A stretch of DNA of 64,000 nt, from the NCBI GenBank assembly GCA_002269645.1, contig NIVC01002338.1, positions 63,967 to 127,966 on the forward strand. The letters run 5' to 3'. Below, in pieces: positions 38,841 through 49,759 of this stretch (positions are counted from its first letter, which is position 1; each line of letters opens with the position of its first letter). The notes under the pieces were generated by a model. That model made no database searches, was not told where the DNA came from, and was given only the letters and a program-made list of their open reading frames with translations. This DNA is from Macrostomum lignano. Lineage: Eukaryota. Made by a program: the position numbers and the translations under genes.

Positions 38841-39676
38841 GAAACTTTACACAGAGTAAACTGCAACCGTGAAACGACTATTGGTCAAGTTTCAGCTCGA
38901 TATGTAACTTTAGCTCTGAGCAGGAGCGATTTTCGATGTGTTCCATTTAAAATACATGTGATTCCAAAATTCATATTGATATTCGAGTACAGGTACTTCT
39001 GCTTCACCGATCTTGATGAAACTTTACACAGAGTAAACTGCAACCGTGAAACGACTATTGGTCAAGTTTCAGCTCGATATGTAACTTTGGCTCTGAGCAG
39101 GAGCGATTTTCGATGTGTTCCATTTAAAATACATGTGATTCCAAAATTCATATTGATATTCGAGTACAGGTACTTCTGCTTCACCGAGCTTGATGAAACT
39201 TTACACAGAGTAAACTGCAACCGTGAAACGACTATTGGTCAAGTTTCAGCTCGATATGTAACTTTGGCTCTGAGCAGGAGCGATTTTCGATGTGTTCCAT
39301 TTAAAATACATGTGATTCCAAAATTCATATTGATATTCGAGTACAGGTACTTCTGCTTCACCGATCTTGACGAAACTTTACACAGAGTAAACTGCAACCG
39401 TGAAACGACTATTGGTCAAGTTTCAGCTCGATATGTAACTTTGGCTCTGAGCAGGAGCGATTTTCGATGTGTTCTATTTAAAATACATGTGATTCCAAAA
39501 TTCATATTGATATTCGAGTACAGGTACTTCTGCTTCACCGATCTTGACGAAACTTTACACAGAGTAAACTGCAACCGTGAAACGACTATTGGTCAAGTTT
39601 CAGCTCGATATGTAACTTTGGCTCTGAGCAGGAGCGATTTTCGATGTGTTCCATTTAAAATACATGTGATTCCAAA
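38841..39676 (+). repeat. Left arm: 177-bp tandem array, ~4.7 units
   Basis: Unit starts at 38841, 39018, 39195, 39372, 39549. Confidence 0.97.
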
Positions 39677-42162
39677 CAACAACAACAACAACAGAGTACG
39701 CTGCCAGTTCGCAAAAGCAGCGTCAGATGGCGCGCTTCGAAGCTTGGGCGCGAACAAAAGCCGCACCGCCGGCAGAGTCCGGGGCGCCGGCGTCAGCCAG
39801 CAGACAGTCGACGTAGCGCCGAGTCCTCGCCTGTCCCCGCCGGTAGGGTGCCTGCAACGTAAGTAGCAGCACCTCCTGCACCGGCTCCGGACAGTAGGCC
39901 TCGGCGCGGATGACGTGGCCTGCCAGCTGGAGTCGCCGACGGCGCAGCAGATCGCTAGGACGGGCCAGGCCGGCGCGATGATGGAGCGCCGTGTTGGTGA
40001 CTCGCTCGTTGCCGATCTTGAAGGCGGCGCGCAGCAGGCCAGCGTGCGCCGCGTCGACTTGAGCCTCGAGCGAGTCTATCAGCGTCCAGGTCTCGGCGTT
40101 GTATAACAGGACGGTTTCGATCACCGCCTGGAACAGCGCCGCCCTCTGGCGGTCCGGTAGGGCCTCGGACTGCAGGACTGACCTTATAGAACGAAAGGCA
40201 GCCCAGGCAAGTCCTCGGCGACGCCGCAGATCCTCGCGGACGTCGGGAACCAGACCGCCGAGGTAGACGAACTGCTGACATCTTGGAAGCTCACTCGCCT
40301 GTCCGTCAGCGCCTCGGCAGAAGATTGCAGCCTCGGTGTCGTCCGGCACGCATAGCACGACGGTCTTCTGCGTGTTGACCACCAGGCCGACGCTCGCCGC
40401 AACGGCAACCAGTCTATCCAGCTGTCGTTGGGCGCCCTCGACGGTCGAGGACAGCAGGGCGAGGTCATCGGCGTAGCCAAGCACGCTGAGCCGTCTCTCC
40501 GGTTGGCGTCGACCCACGCGTCGCCGCAGCAGGAAGCCGTCGTCGTTGGAAGGCAGAGCAGTCCGTAGCACCCAGTCAAGCACCAGAATAAATAGGAACG
40601 GCGCTAGCGTATCTCCCTGGAGCACCCCGGAGGATGTCTCGAAGAAATCCGATAGGCCGTCCGGTGTTGAGACAGCAGCCGTCGTGCCGTGGTACAGCGC
40701 CATGACAGCAGAAATCAGCAGCTCTGGCACGTTGTACGCACGGAGCACCTCTGGGAGCGCGTCCCTCACGACCGAGTCGAAGGCCTTCCTGAAATCGACG
40801 AAGATCAGGATCAGGGTCAACTGGCGGATGCGCGCCTCCTCGATGACTCGCCGAAGAGCCAGGATCTGCGTCACTGTGCTGCGATGGGGCCGGAATCCGT
40901 TCTGCTCAGGCCACAGGTACGGGTCCAGCACAGTCTGTAACCGCGATAGCAGCATGCGGCTGAACAGCTTCGCGGCGCAGGATTGTAGGCAGATGCCTCG
41001 ATGCTCCTCGAGCTTGGTGGTGCCCGGCTTCTTTGGAATGGCGACGATGTGCGCCGTGGTCCATTCGTTTGGCGCCACCTCACCGGAAAGCACGCGGTTC
41101 ATCACTCTGGCGACCTCAGTGGCCACGCAGTGGATCCGCAGCGCCTCGGTTGGCATCTCGTCCGGACCAAGCGCTTTGGCGCCCGGCGACTGCCGAGCGA
41201 ACTTCACAACGTCGGCTGTGCTGACTGGGGCAACGTTGAAGCTCTCCTCCGCCGGCAACGGCGTCTCCGGCGGCAGCCTCAGATTTTCTGGAAGCGGAGG
41301 GGGCGGCGCGTTGACAATGGCGGCGAAGAACTCGCGCAGCTCGTACCTGCGCTCATCCGGAATGTCGCCTGCCTGGTTGAGCGCGATGCGCCGCTTTCGC
41401 CCCGTCAGAGTGTTGATGACGGACCAGGCCACGCGCCCTCTGGAATCGGGCCCTGCGGCAGAGACGGCTTGGGTGGCGTCATCGACAGCGGACTGCTGCC
41501 GCTGCAGGTAGACAGCCGCCAGAGCCTCCTCCGCCTCGCGAGTTTGCCGCCCACTCAGACGGAGCCTCTCCAGATCTTCCCTCGCTTCGTCGATCGCGGG
41601 TCGTCCTGCCAGACCGCTGGGCCGGTCGCATCAGTGGGACTGCTTGCTCCGCATCGGCTCGAACTGCAGCGCTCACCTCCGCGTACTCGGCTCCTCCACG
41701 CTTGTCGCCCAGCGCAGTGACAAAGGCACCGGCAAAGCGACGTAGTAGCGCCGCGGTGGCCGCTTTGGCGGACGGTAGAGCGGGTCCCGAAGCCGAAGGT
41801 CGCAGATGAGCAGCCGATGGTCGGACCGCAGAGCCAGCGGCGTAATGGTGCGGCAGTTGGTGACGCGGCGGCGCACACAAAAGCGCACAAGCACGTGGTC
41901 GAGCTGTGCCAGCCTCCGCGTAGCGTTCCGGCCGCGCGCGTTCCGCCGCCTCCGCTTGCAGCCCACGAAGGTCGCGAGCCTGCCCGGTGACTTGCGGAAT
42001 CTGGTGTTGGCCGACACCATGTCCTGTCTCTCCAGGAAGTCCTCTAGCGCTCCGGAGTTGCCGTTCTCGCGCGCTGTCACAAACAGCGATCGCTCGGACC
42101 TACGCAGAACTGCGTTCAGGTCTCCGAGAATGACCACTGTGTCACGTTGCGCCATCTCCTCC
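39677..42162 (-). mobile_element. 5'-truncated non-LTR retrotransposon of the RTE/RTEX group (APE endonuclease C-half + RT)
   Basis: APE motifs GDLNA, LDH, SDH; RT motifs QNGFR, FVDFRKAFDSV, GVLQGDTLAPFLF, YADD; C-terminal RRRRLQLAGHVIR; short 3'UTR and (GTT)6 tail at 39675-39692; three compensating frameshifts in the EN-RT linker (~41750-41610). Confidence 0.93.
39723..41432 (-). CDS. Non-LTR reverse transcriptase ORF (frame open from ~41630)
   Basis: 569-aa ORF with all RT subdomain motifs and catalytic YADD; no internal stops. Confidence 0.9.
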   Translation of the reverse strand: MAWSVINTLTGRKRRIALNQAGDIPDERRYELREFFAAIVNAPPPPLPENLRLPPETPLPAEESFNVAPVSTADVVKFARQSPGAKALGPDEMPTEALRIHCVATEVARVMNRVLSGEVAPNEWTTAHIVAIPKKPGTTKLEEHRGICLQSCAAKLFSRMLLSRLQTVLDPYLWPEQNGFRPHRSTVTQILALRRVIEEARIRQLTLILIFVDFRKAFDSVVRDALPEVLRAYNVPELLISAVMALYHGTTAAVSTPDGLSDFFETSSGVLQGDTLAPFLFILVLDWVLRTALPSNDDGFLLRRRVGRRQPERRLSVLGYADDLALLSSTVEGAQRQLDRLVAVAASVGLVVNTQKTVVLCVPDDTEAAIFCRGADGQASELPRCQQFVYLGGLVPDVREDLRRRRGLAWAAFRSIRSVLQSEALPDRQRAALFQAVIETVLLYNAETWTLIDSLEAQVDAAHAGLLRAAFKIGNERVTNTALHHRAGLARPSDLLRRRRLQLAGHVIRAEAYCPEPVQEVLLLTLQAPYRRGQARTRRYVDCLLADAGAPDSAGGAAFVRAQASKRAI

Positions 42163-42164
42163 AC
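41673..42164 (-). pseudogene. APE-type endonuclease C-terminal fragment of the RTE element
   Basis: VVILGDLNA...SANTRF...QLDHVLV...LRSDHRLL; N-terminal half missing. Confidence 0.88.
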
Positions 42165-43556
42165 CTGTACTCGAACATCAATATGAATTTTGGAATCACA
42201 TGTATTTTAAATGGAACACATCGAAAATCGCTCCTGCTCAGAGCCAAAGTTACATATCGAGCTGAAACTTGACCAATAGTCGTTTCACGGTTGCAGTTTA
42301 CTCTGTGTAAAGTTTCGTCAAGATCGGTGAAGCAGAAGTACCTGTACTCGAATATCAATATGAATTTTGGAATCACATGTATTTTAAATGGAACACATCG
42401 AAAAATCGCTCCTGCTCAGAGCCAAAGTTACATATCGAGCTGAAACTTGACCAATAGTCGTTTCACGGTTGCAGTTTACTCTGTGTAAAGTTTCGTCAAG
42501 ATCGGTGAAGCAGAAGTACCTGTACTCGAATATCAATATGAATTTTGGAATCACATGTATTTTAAATAGAACACATCGAAAATCGCTCCTGCTCAGAGCC
42601 AAAGTTACATATCGAGCTGAAACTTGACCAATAGTCGTTTCACGGTTGCAGTTTACTCTGTGTAAAGTTTCGTCAAGATCGGTGAAGCAGAAGTACCTGT
42701 ACTCGAATATCAATATGAATTTTGGAATCACATGTATTTTAAATAGAACACATCGAAAATCGCTCCTGCTCAGAGCCAAAGTTACATATCGAGCTGAAAC
42801 TTGACCAATAGTCGTTTCACGGTTGCAGTTTACTCTGTGTAAAGTTTCGTCAAGATCGGTGAAGCAGAAGTACCTGTACTCGAATATCAATATGAATTTT
42901 GGAATCACATGTATTTTAAATGGAACACATCGAAAATCGCTCCTGCTCAGAGCCAAAGTTACATATCGAGCTGAAACTTGACCAATAGTCGTTTCACGGT
43001 TGCAGTTTACTCTGTGTAAAGTTTCGTCAAGATCGGTGAAGCAGAAGTACCTGTACTCGAATATCAATATGAATTTTGGAATCACATGTATTTTAAATGG
43101 AACACATCGAAAATCGCTCCTGCTCAGAGCCAAAGTTACATATCGAGCTGAAACTTGACCAATAGTCGTTTCACGGTTGCAGTTTACTCTGTGTAAAGTT
43201 TCGTCAAGATCGGTGAAGCAGAAGTACCTGTACTCGAATATCAATATGAATTTTGGAATCACATGTATTTTAAATAGAACACATCGAAAATCGCTCCTGC
43301 TCAGAGCCAAAGTTACATATCGAGCTGAAACTTGACCAATAGTCGTTTCACGGTTGCAGTTTACTCTGTGTAAAGTTTCGTCAAGATCGGTGAAGCAGAA
43401 GTACCTGTACTCGAATATCAATATGAATTTTGGAATCACATGTATTTTAAATGGAACACATCGAAAATCGCTCCTGCTCAGAGCCAAAGTTACATATCGA
43501 GCTGAAACTTGACCAATAGTCGTTTCACGGTTGCAGTTTACTCTGTGTAAAGTTTC
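42163..43556 (-). repeat. Right arm: 177-bp tandem array in inverted orientation, ~7.9 units
   Basis: Reverse complement of the left-arm unit; one unit has a 1-bp insertion (~42400). Confidence 0.97.
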
Positions 43557-43822
43557 ATGCTACGGGTTGCTTTTAGTATTTTGCTTTTGTTAAAATTTGA
43601 ATATCAATGCGAATATCAATGGGGAAACAAATGCGTAATATGAAATGAAAAGCCTCAAAGACGAAGTAACAAACAAAGTGATTTCTAATTTCAAGCTTAA
43701 CTCTAACTGTGTAAAAACAGAGAGTTCTGCTTAAATTTACTAACTGTTTAGAATAAAATAAATGATTTGTGACATTTTGTGGCATGTAACATAGGCCCTA
43801 ACTAGTATATAGAAACTGCTGC

Positions 43823-44396
43823 GGCAATCCTACACTTCCGTTCGGTAAATTATTTTGACACTGAATTTTGAACAGGCGTGTTAAATAACAATGTAGGCCT
43901 AACCAAACAAAACTGAAACAGTGGAACATGGTAGCAGTCTGTTAGAGTGCATAGTCACTTAGAGTGTGTCTGCAGGTCATTAAGGTGTCTATAATGGATA
44001 GTATTAGTAATGTCCAATCCAGTACAGGATAGCCCCAAATGGACATTGGGGATATAGACAATGCCAGAGGAATTCCTCAATGTGTGCATTGAAGAGAGCA
44101 TCGCTCGTGCTATGCATGTTGCAGATCTTGCACTTTGCGTGGGCCTATGTGCCCTCCATGGTGTTGGTGTGGACTGTTGGGTCTGCTGGATTTACGAAGT
44201 GCAGCTGATGGGAAATGAGAAATTGAAGCTCAAAAAACAAGCAGCTCACAAGCAACAGCTCCCTTAAACTGACACCCCCTTAAACTCTGTTCGCTCAAAC
44301 TTTTGGCCATAGACACATTGCCAATTGACGTCATTTGACTCAGTGGTACGAATTCAAATGTTAAAATAATTTACCGAACGGAAATGTAGGATTGCC
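43823..44396 (-). mobile_element. Third non-autonomous Merlin element, 574 bp, with transposase C-terminal remnant
   Basis: TIRs ggcaatcctaca(c/t)ttccgttcggtaaattatttt; minus strand HQLHFVNPADPTVHTNTMEGT*AHAKCK...LFNAHIEEFLW...AILYWIG; no TSD found. Confidence 0.85.
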
Positions 44397-45271
44397 TAAT
44401 TTTTTTGCATATCTAAGGTCTATATCATAAGCCCTATTTCTATAAAATTGATCTTCCTTGTCTTTGTCATATTTAAATCAAGTCAATAAAGTCAAAGACA
44501 TAACCAAAAGTTTTTCTTGTTTAGACTTCTTGGATAAAACATTGGTATTGTTAGCCTCAGTCCTATGCTATGTATATTTAAATATAATAATAAGAGTTGG
44601 CACTATATTTTAAGAGTTCAACCTACAAGAATTGCTTGCAAACAAATTGCCTGGCAATAATTGCCTTTATTGCATTTTGCTTGCAAGCCAATTTTCCACT
44701 GAGCTTTTCTTATCAAGGTTTGCTTACAATGTTTATAGTATTTCTTAATAAAGAGATTTATACAATCAAAATGCATATTTTTGTGGGTTTTCATTTTTAA
44801 TTCTATAATTAAAACGGTGACAAATAGATAGATACTCTTTAGATACTTTTAGATACTCTTATAAACATATAAGAGTATCTAAATCTTTTTAAAAAAGACT
44901 TACTAAGCATTATTAGGCAATGCATTCGTATACATATGCATGCCTAAATATGCTGCAAGAAAAAAAGCATTTTAGGCAAATCTTGGCAGGAAAAGCTTGG
45001 TGGACAAATCTTGATAGGCAAATAAAACAATTGCCTTTTTATCTCTAAGAGAATAGATATATTCTGGTAGAGTAGGCCTAGCTCATTTAATAAATAGGAA
45101 TAAAATAAATGAGAGAACAAACAAATCAACATGTTTTAGCTTGGAGTATATGCTACTGCACTGTGTGTTAACTTGTTTTGATTGAAAACTATGTATAATA
45201 ATTTATATTGTGTATTCAACTTATCACAGGTATATTTATTCAACTGTTTATTAGAATTTTTAATTTCATTA

Positions 45272-45320
45272 CTGCCCTGACGATGACCTATAAGGGTCAA
45301 CACTCAAAATGCATTGGCAA
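45272..45320 (+). other. Degenerate type-I hammerhead-ribozyme-like motif (Penelope-like element end)
   Basis: ctgcc-CTGACGA-t-gacc-tataag-ggtc-AACAC...ggcaa; the GAAAC core is mutated. Confidence 0.4.
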
Positions 45321-45720
45321 TTGAATTAAAGTAAATAAAAACAAGTTAATGTTTGTTCTCTCATTCAGATTACATATTTCTTCTAGAGCAATAGGAAAAA
45401 TTCCAAGGGGTAAGACAGTAAGTACATCTAGGTCTAGGCAAGATACCTTTTCAAATAAATAATACTAAATACTCTAGTTTATAACTTAAAAGCAATAAAC
45501 TCATTACAAAAAAAGTAGTCAGATACAAGTTGATTTTCTTTTATTGATGGTCTTTTATATTGAAAAATTAACATAGTAGGCTTCACTAATTCTACATTAA
45601 TATTTTATTTTGTTTAGGGTATGAATTAAACTTCCCAATTAACTTCAAAATAGTACTATTGTCAATATATTTATTAAAAAATCCAAGCATCAATTCAATT
45701 TGCAGTGAATTCCAGCAGTC

Positions 45721-45931
45721 ATGTACAAGAAGGTCAACATTAACCCGCCGCCGGAACCGCCCCGCCCTGAGGCATTTGACTTTGGTACTGCCTTTGAATT
45801 TGGGGGCAATGGTGAGCTGTTTAGAACCGATGCAACTAGCAGCAGCAATGCTGGCCAAGATAGCAGCAATAAGTATAAGTCCATCTTCACTTATAGCGAC
45901 GATCGGAAGCATTGGAAAACCCAACAGCTTA
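45721..45931 (+). CDS. STOML1: STOML1-like exon 1
   Basis: MYKKVNINPPPEPP...YKSIFTYSDDRKHWKTQQL, then gtaagg donor. Confidence 0.78.
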
Positions 45932-48847
45932 GTAAGGATTGATTTTTTCTCTAATATATATTTTCACGCCTTTATTGCAAATCAGCTAATGTTCAAATTC
46001 TACAAATTTATACAATTTTCATTTCAGATCCCCCAATGCCTTACAGCCAGACAGAGAAGATTGCCAACTTTTTTATCACGGGCTTATTCTTAATAATGGT
46101 GCTCTTTCTGTTCCCAGTCTTGGGCTGGTTTTCAGTCAAGGTAATTAATCAATATATTTCGGCAAAAAACTCGTTTTGCTTTCAACATTTTTACATTTTT
46201 ACTACAAGTAGAGTAGTTGAGATTTTTTGCCCCTAAAATTGAAAATAAAACTTGCTTGTAGAAGTTGGAAAGCCACGAGCGCCTAATCAGCATGCGGCTG
46301 GGCCGAATGCGCCAGCCCGTGGCCGGCCCGGGCTATGCCTGCGTCCTGCCAATCATCGATAGCTGGCAGCGGATCGATCTGCGCCCGAAATCGGTTGCTT
46401 TTGCTGAGCGCGAATTTTTCACTGCCGATCGAGGAATCGTGTGCTTTGCTGGTGAAGCCGTCTATCGAGTTCGCGAGCCGGAGATGGCCGTGACTTCTAC
46501 TGCTGATCCCAGGTAACTGAAAAACTAATCCCTTTCTACTATGAGTGCTATTTTCTTTTTATTACCACTGCTAAAGCAGTTAAACCAGAAAAAAAACATA
46601 ATTTACTTCCTTGGCCCCCAATATTTGACAGTCAATTTAACCCGCGTGACACCCAATTTAACGCATCTGACAACCAATTTACACCGTCTGACAACCTATT
46701 CAGCCCCCCCCCCGCCTGACAATCAAAATTTAACCCACCTGACACCCAATTTAACCCACCTGACAGCCAATTTAACCCATCCCGTTTATAGGACGGCCCT
46801 GTCCCACCTAATCGAGGTGACAGTGCAACGCTACGTAGCTCGTCAAGACGCCGACGATCTGGCCGACAAGGCCACCAGAATGCAGGCCGACATCGTTGCG
46901 ACGCTCAACGCCGAAGCTTGCCAGTGGGGCCTCGAGGTGACCAGCGTAGCCCTCGGCCCTATGACCATCGTGTCCCAGCCGCCGCCTCGGAAGCCACTGC
47001 CCGAGGGCGTGGACTTTGGCACCCTGACTCAGCATCTGTTTGGCCAGCTGGCAGCCACCTCTGGCCCCTCCGGCGCTCTGGCCGCCGCTATGGCACGGGG
47101 AGCCGCCGCTGCTTCCTCCACTAGCGCTGGTGCCGCCGCGGCCGCCGCTGGTGGCAGTCGCGGCGAAGCCTCGACTTCGCAGGTTGAACTGCATGTTGGT
47201 AAGAGAGAGAGACGAATGCTAAATCATTCTAAATTAGTTGGGAAACCTTTGATACCTGGGAGTTCGAGAATACGATTATAATAATGTGTTTTTTAATACT
47301 TATAGTGGCGAAACGTTCCATCATTCATTTCGCAATAATTAGGTCTGGAATATTTCCAATAAATTACGTCATAAACCCTGAGATAATATCCTAAAGCAGT
47401 AGAATATTCCCTGGGGAATTCCATAGTATTATGGCCAGTAATATTTTTGGAAGATAAAGTTATACGATAAATTAGCCTGGAAAATTCCGTAATAATTTGA
47501 TCTGGAATATTCCTGGAAAACTCCATGATAATTTGGTCTGGAAAATTCCATGATAATTTGGCCTGGAATATTCCTGGAAAATTCCACGATTATTTGGCCT
47601 GGAATATTCCTGGAAAATTCCACGATTATTTGACCTGGAATTCCATGATTATTTGGCCTAGAATATTCCTGGAAAATTCCACGATAATTTGGCCTGGAAT
47701 ATTACTGGAAAATTCCATGATAATTTGACCTGGAATTCCATGATTATTTGGCCTAGAATATTCCTGGAAAATTCCATGATAATTTGACCTGGAATTCCAT
47801 GATTATTTGGCCTAGAATATTCCTGGAAAATTCCATGATAATTTGACCTGGAATTCCATGATTATTTGGCCTAGAATATTCCTGGAAAATTCCATGATAA
47901 TTTGACCTGGAATTCCATGATTATTTGGCCTAGAATATTCCTGGAAAATTCCACGATAATTTGGCCTGGAATATTACTGGAAAATTCCATGATAATTTGA
48001 CCTGGAATTCCATGATTATTTGGCCTAGAATATTCCTGGAAAATTCCACGATAATTTGGCCTGGAATATTACTGGAAAATTCCATGATAATTTGACCTGG
48101 AATTCCATGATTATTTGGCCTAGAATATTCCTGGAAAATTCTACGATAATTTGGCCTGGAATATTCCTGGAAAATTCCACGATAATTTGGCCTGGAATAT
48201 TACTGGAAAAGTCCATGACAATTTTACCTGGACTATTCTTGGAAAAGTCCATGATAATTTGGCCTGGAATATTCCTGGAAAAGTCCATGATAATTTGGCC
48301 TGGAATATTCCTGGAAAAGTCCATGATAGTTTGCCCTGGAACATTACTGGAAAATTCCACGATAACTATGGTTAGAATGTACCCTAAAAATGCCATTGTA
48401 AATTCGAGTTCAGATGTGTCAAAATGTTGAAAAGCTTTTAAAAATTTTAGGACAACCTCTTAAGTCTAAGAGTTCTATCCCAATCAAGCAGGCGCTGCAG
48501 ATGAGGAGAGGCCGCCAGCCCTGCCTGAGCTGGACGAATACTTGGCCAAAGCGCGTCGAGCTCTACACGTTGACGATATTCGAAGTCAGCTAGGCGAGGC
48601 CAGCTACCAGTTCTGTCTGCTGTCCGAGAATGGCCAGCAGGTTGCTACCTGCTATTTGGACTGTCCGGCCCAGCTGGCCGAGCGTGGCCGGCACTCCTCG
48701 CCGGACGTTGTCATCACTCTGCTGTGCTCGGATTTGGACGATCTCCGAGCTGGCCGGCTGCCAATGTGGCAGGCTGTGGCTACAGGCAGGATTGCAGTGC
48801 AAGGCGATCTTGATGTGGCCAAGCGGCTTAAAGTGCTCAACGATTGA
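45721..48847 (+). CDS. STOML1: Stomatin-like protein 1 / UNC-24-like (TM + SPFH/band 7 + SCP2), 5 exons, ~445 aa
   Basis: Exons 45721-45931, 46028-46140, 46262-46512, 46792-47198, 48492-48847 (alternative acceptor 48501); GT-AG, phases consistent. Hydrophobic segment, then ERLISMRLGR...PGYACVLPIIDSWQRIDLR (SPFH); C-terminal PDVVITL...AVATGRIAVQGDLDVAKRL (SCP2). Confidence 0.9.
46028..46140 (+). CDS. STOML1: STOML1-like exon 2 (membrane segment)
   Basis: tttcag acceptor, gtaatt donor; FFITGLFLIMVLFLFPVLGWFSVK. Confidence 0.88.
46262..46512 (+). CDS. STOML1: STOML1-like exon 3
   Basis: tgtag acceptor, gtaact donor; SPFH N-terminal part. Confidence 0.9.
46640..46780 (+). repeat. ~20-bp minisatellite (ccaatttaacccacctgaca)
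   Basis: STOML1 intron 3. Confidence 0.8.
46792..47198 (+). CDS. STOML1: STOML1-like exon 4
   Basis: tatag acceptor, gtaaga donor; LNAEACQWGLEVTSVAL. Confidence 0.88.
47440..48360 (+). repeat. Palindrome-rich 36/23-bp (59-bp higher-order) minisatellite
   Basis: gaatattcctggaaaattccatgataatttgacctggaattccatgattatttggccta; period 59 at 47751/47810/47869; STOML1 intron 4. Confidence 0.93.
48492..48847 (+). CDS. STOML1: STOML1-like exon 5 (SCP2 domain, terminal)
   Basis: aagcag acceptor; ...GDLDVAKRLKVLND*. Confidence 0.88.
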
Positions 48848-49759
48848 TTGATTGGATTGTTTGGTTGGTTGGTTGATGAGCAAGTTTTGTTTTAATCGTT
48901 AGCCGCTGGACAAACTCGGCGGTAAAAATTAAACGGGAGGTGAGGGGGGGCAAAGTTTCGCATTGTTAAACCACAATGAAAGGCTTAACAGGAATTGCAA
49001 AAACTTTTTACTCTCTGTTTGACATAAAACACAATTTTATACTTTCGTTTCTCTCATAGTGAATTATATTTTTACTAGTCATGTTAGATATTCCCCTCTT
49101 GTCCTTTTTCCCGCTAATATATTTATTTAATTAGCTTAAATTTGCCACTCAAAAAACTGCTGTCGCGGCTACTCCGCTAGTTTGGTTCATACTACTGCCT
49201 GAGTAGAGTGATCCTAAGTGAAGTATATTGTAGCTATTTCCTTCTTTATTTAAAAGCATGCAGTTAATTATTTCCTTTAGTATTATATATTTCGTATATT
49301 TTGATAGATTAATTATGTATATTATTACACAGCACAGCACAAATATCGTTTGCTATATTATACTGCACTACAATAGTTTTGTTTTGTTATTTTATAATCC
49401 ACGTTTATATGTTTGCGTTGTGTGATTGTAGATTTGTAAAGATTAACGGTTTTGGCGTCTAAAGTACGGGCTGAGTCTCCGGAACGAAATGTGTTCTGTT
49501 TAGGTGCTCCAATAACGATTTATTGAATTAATTCAACTTGTAAGTAATAAGTTCTACAAAACATGCTTAAGCGGAAACAACAATGAACTTTACTGACTAA
49601 TTCAACAGTGTTAAAACAAGAAATCAGGCATGAGGCCAGAGGAATTGACCGCTGTAAAAATCGATAAAAGATAATAAAATTCATTCACCCACGCGCACTC
49701 AAGTCAGGCAATTTGAACTTTAAGTCATAAAAGAGTCTAGCGGATTGGAAGAGGCGGTA

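Larger units (their letters stand above)
38761..43636. mobile_element. Foldback-type DNA element (80-bp termini plus inverted 177-bp tandem arrays) with a central RTE insertion
   Basis: 38761-38840 is the reverse complement of 43557-43636; TSD aatatgaa at 38753-38760 and 43637-43644 (or a 10-bp TSD [c/t]aatatgaaa with termini CGCATT...AATGCG). Confidence 0.9.

Noticed and set aside
40546-41720. Plus-strand 321- and 239-aa ORFs
   Set aside because: Antisense shadows of the GC-rich RT ORF.
38841-43556. 177-bp arrays next to an RT as a CRISPR or retron-like array
   Set aside because: Units are contiguous near-identical repeats with no unique spacers, no cas genes are present, the context is eukaryotic, and the RT is clearly APE-type non-LTR.
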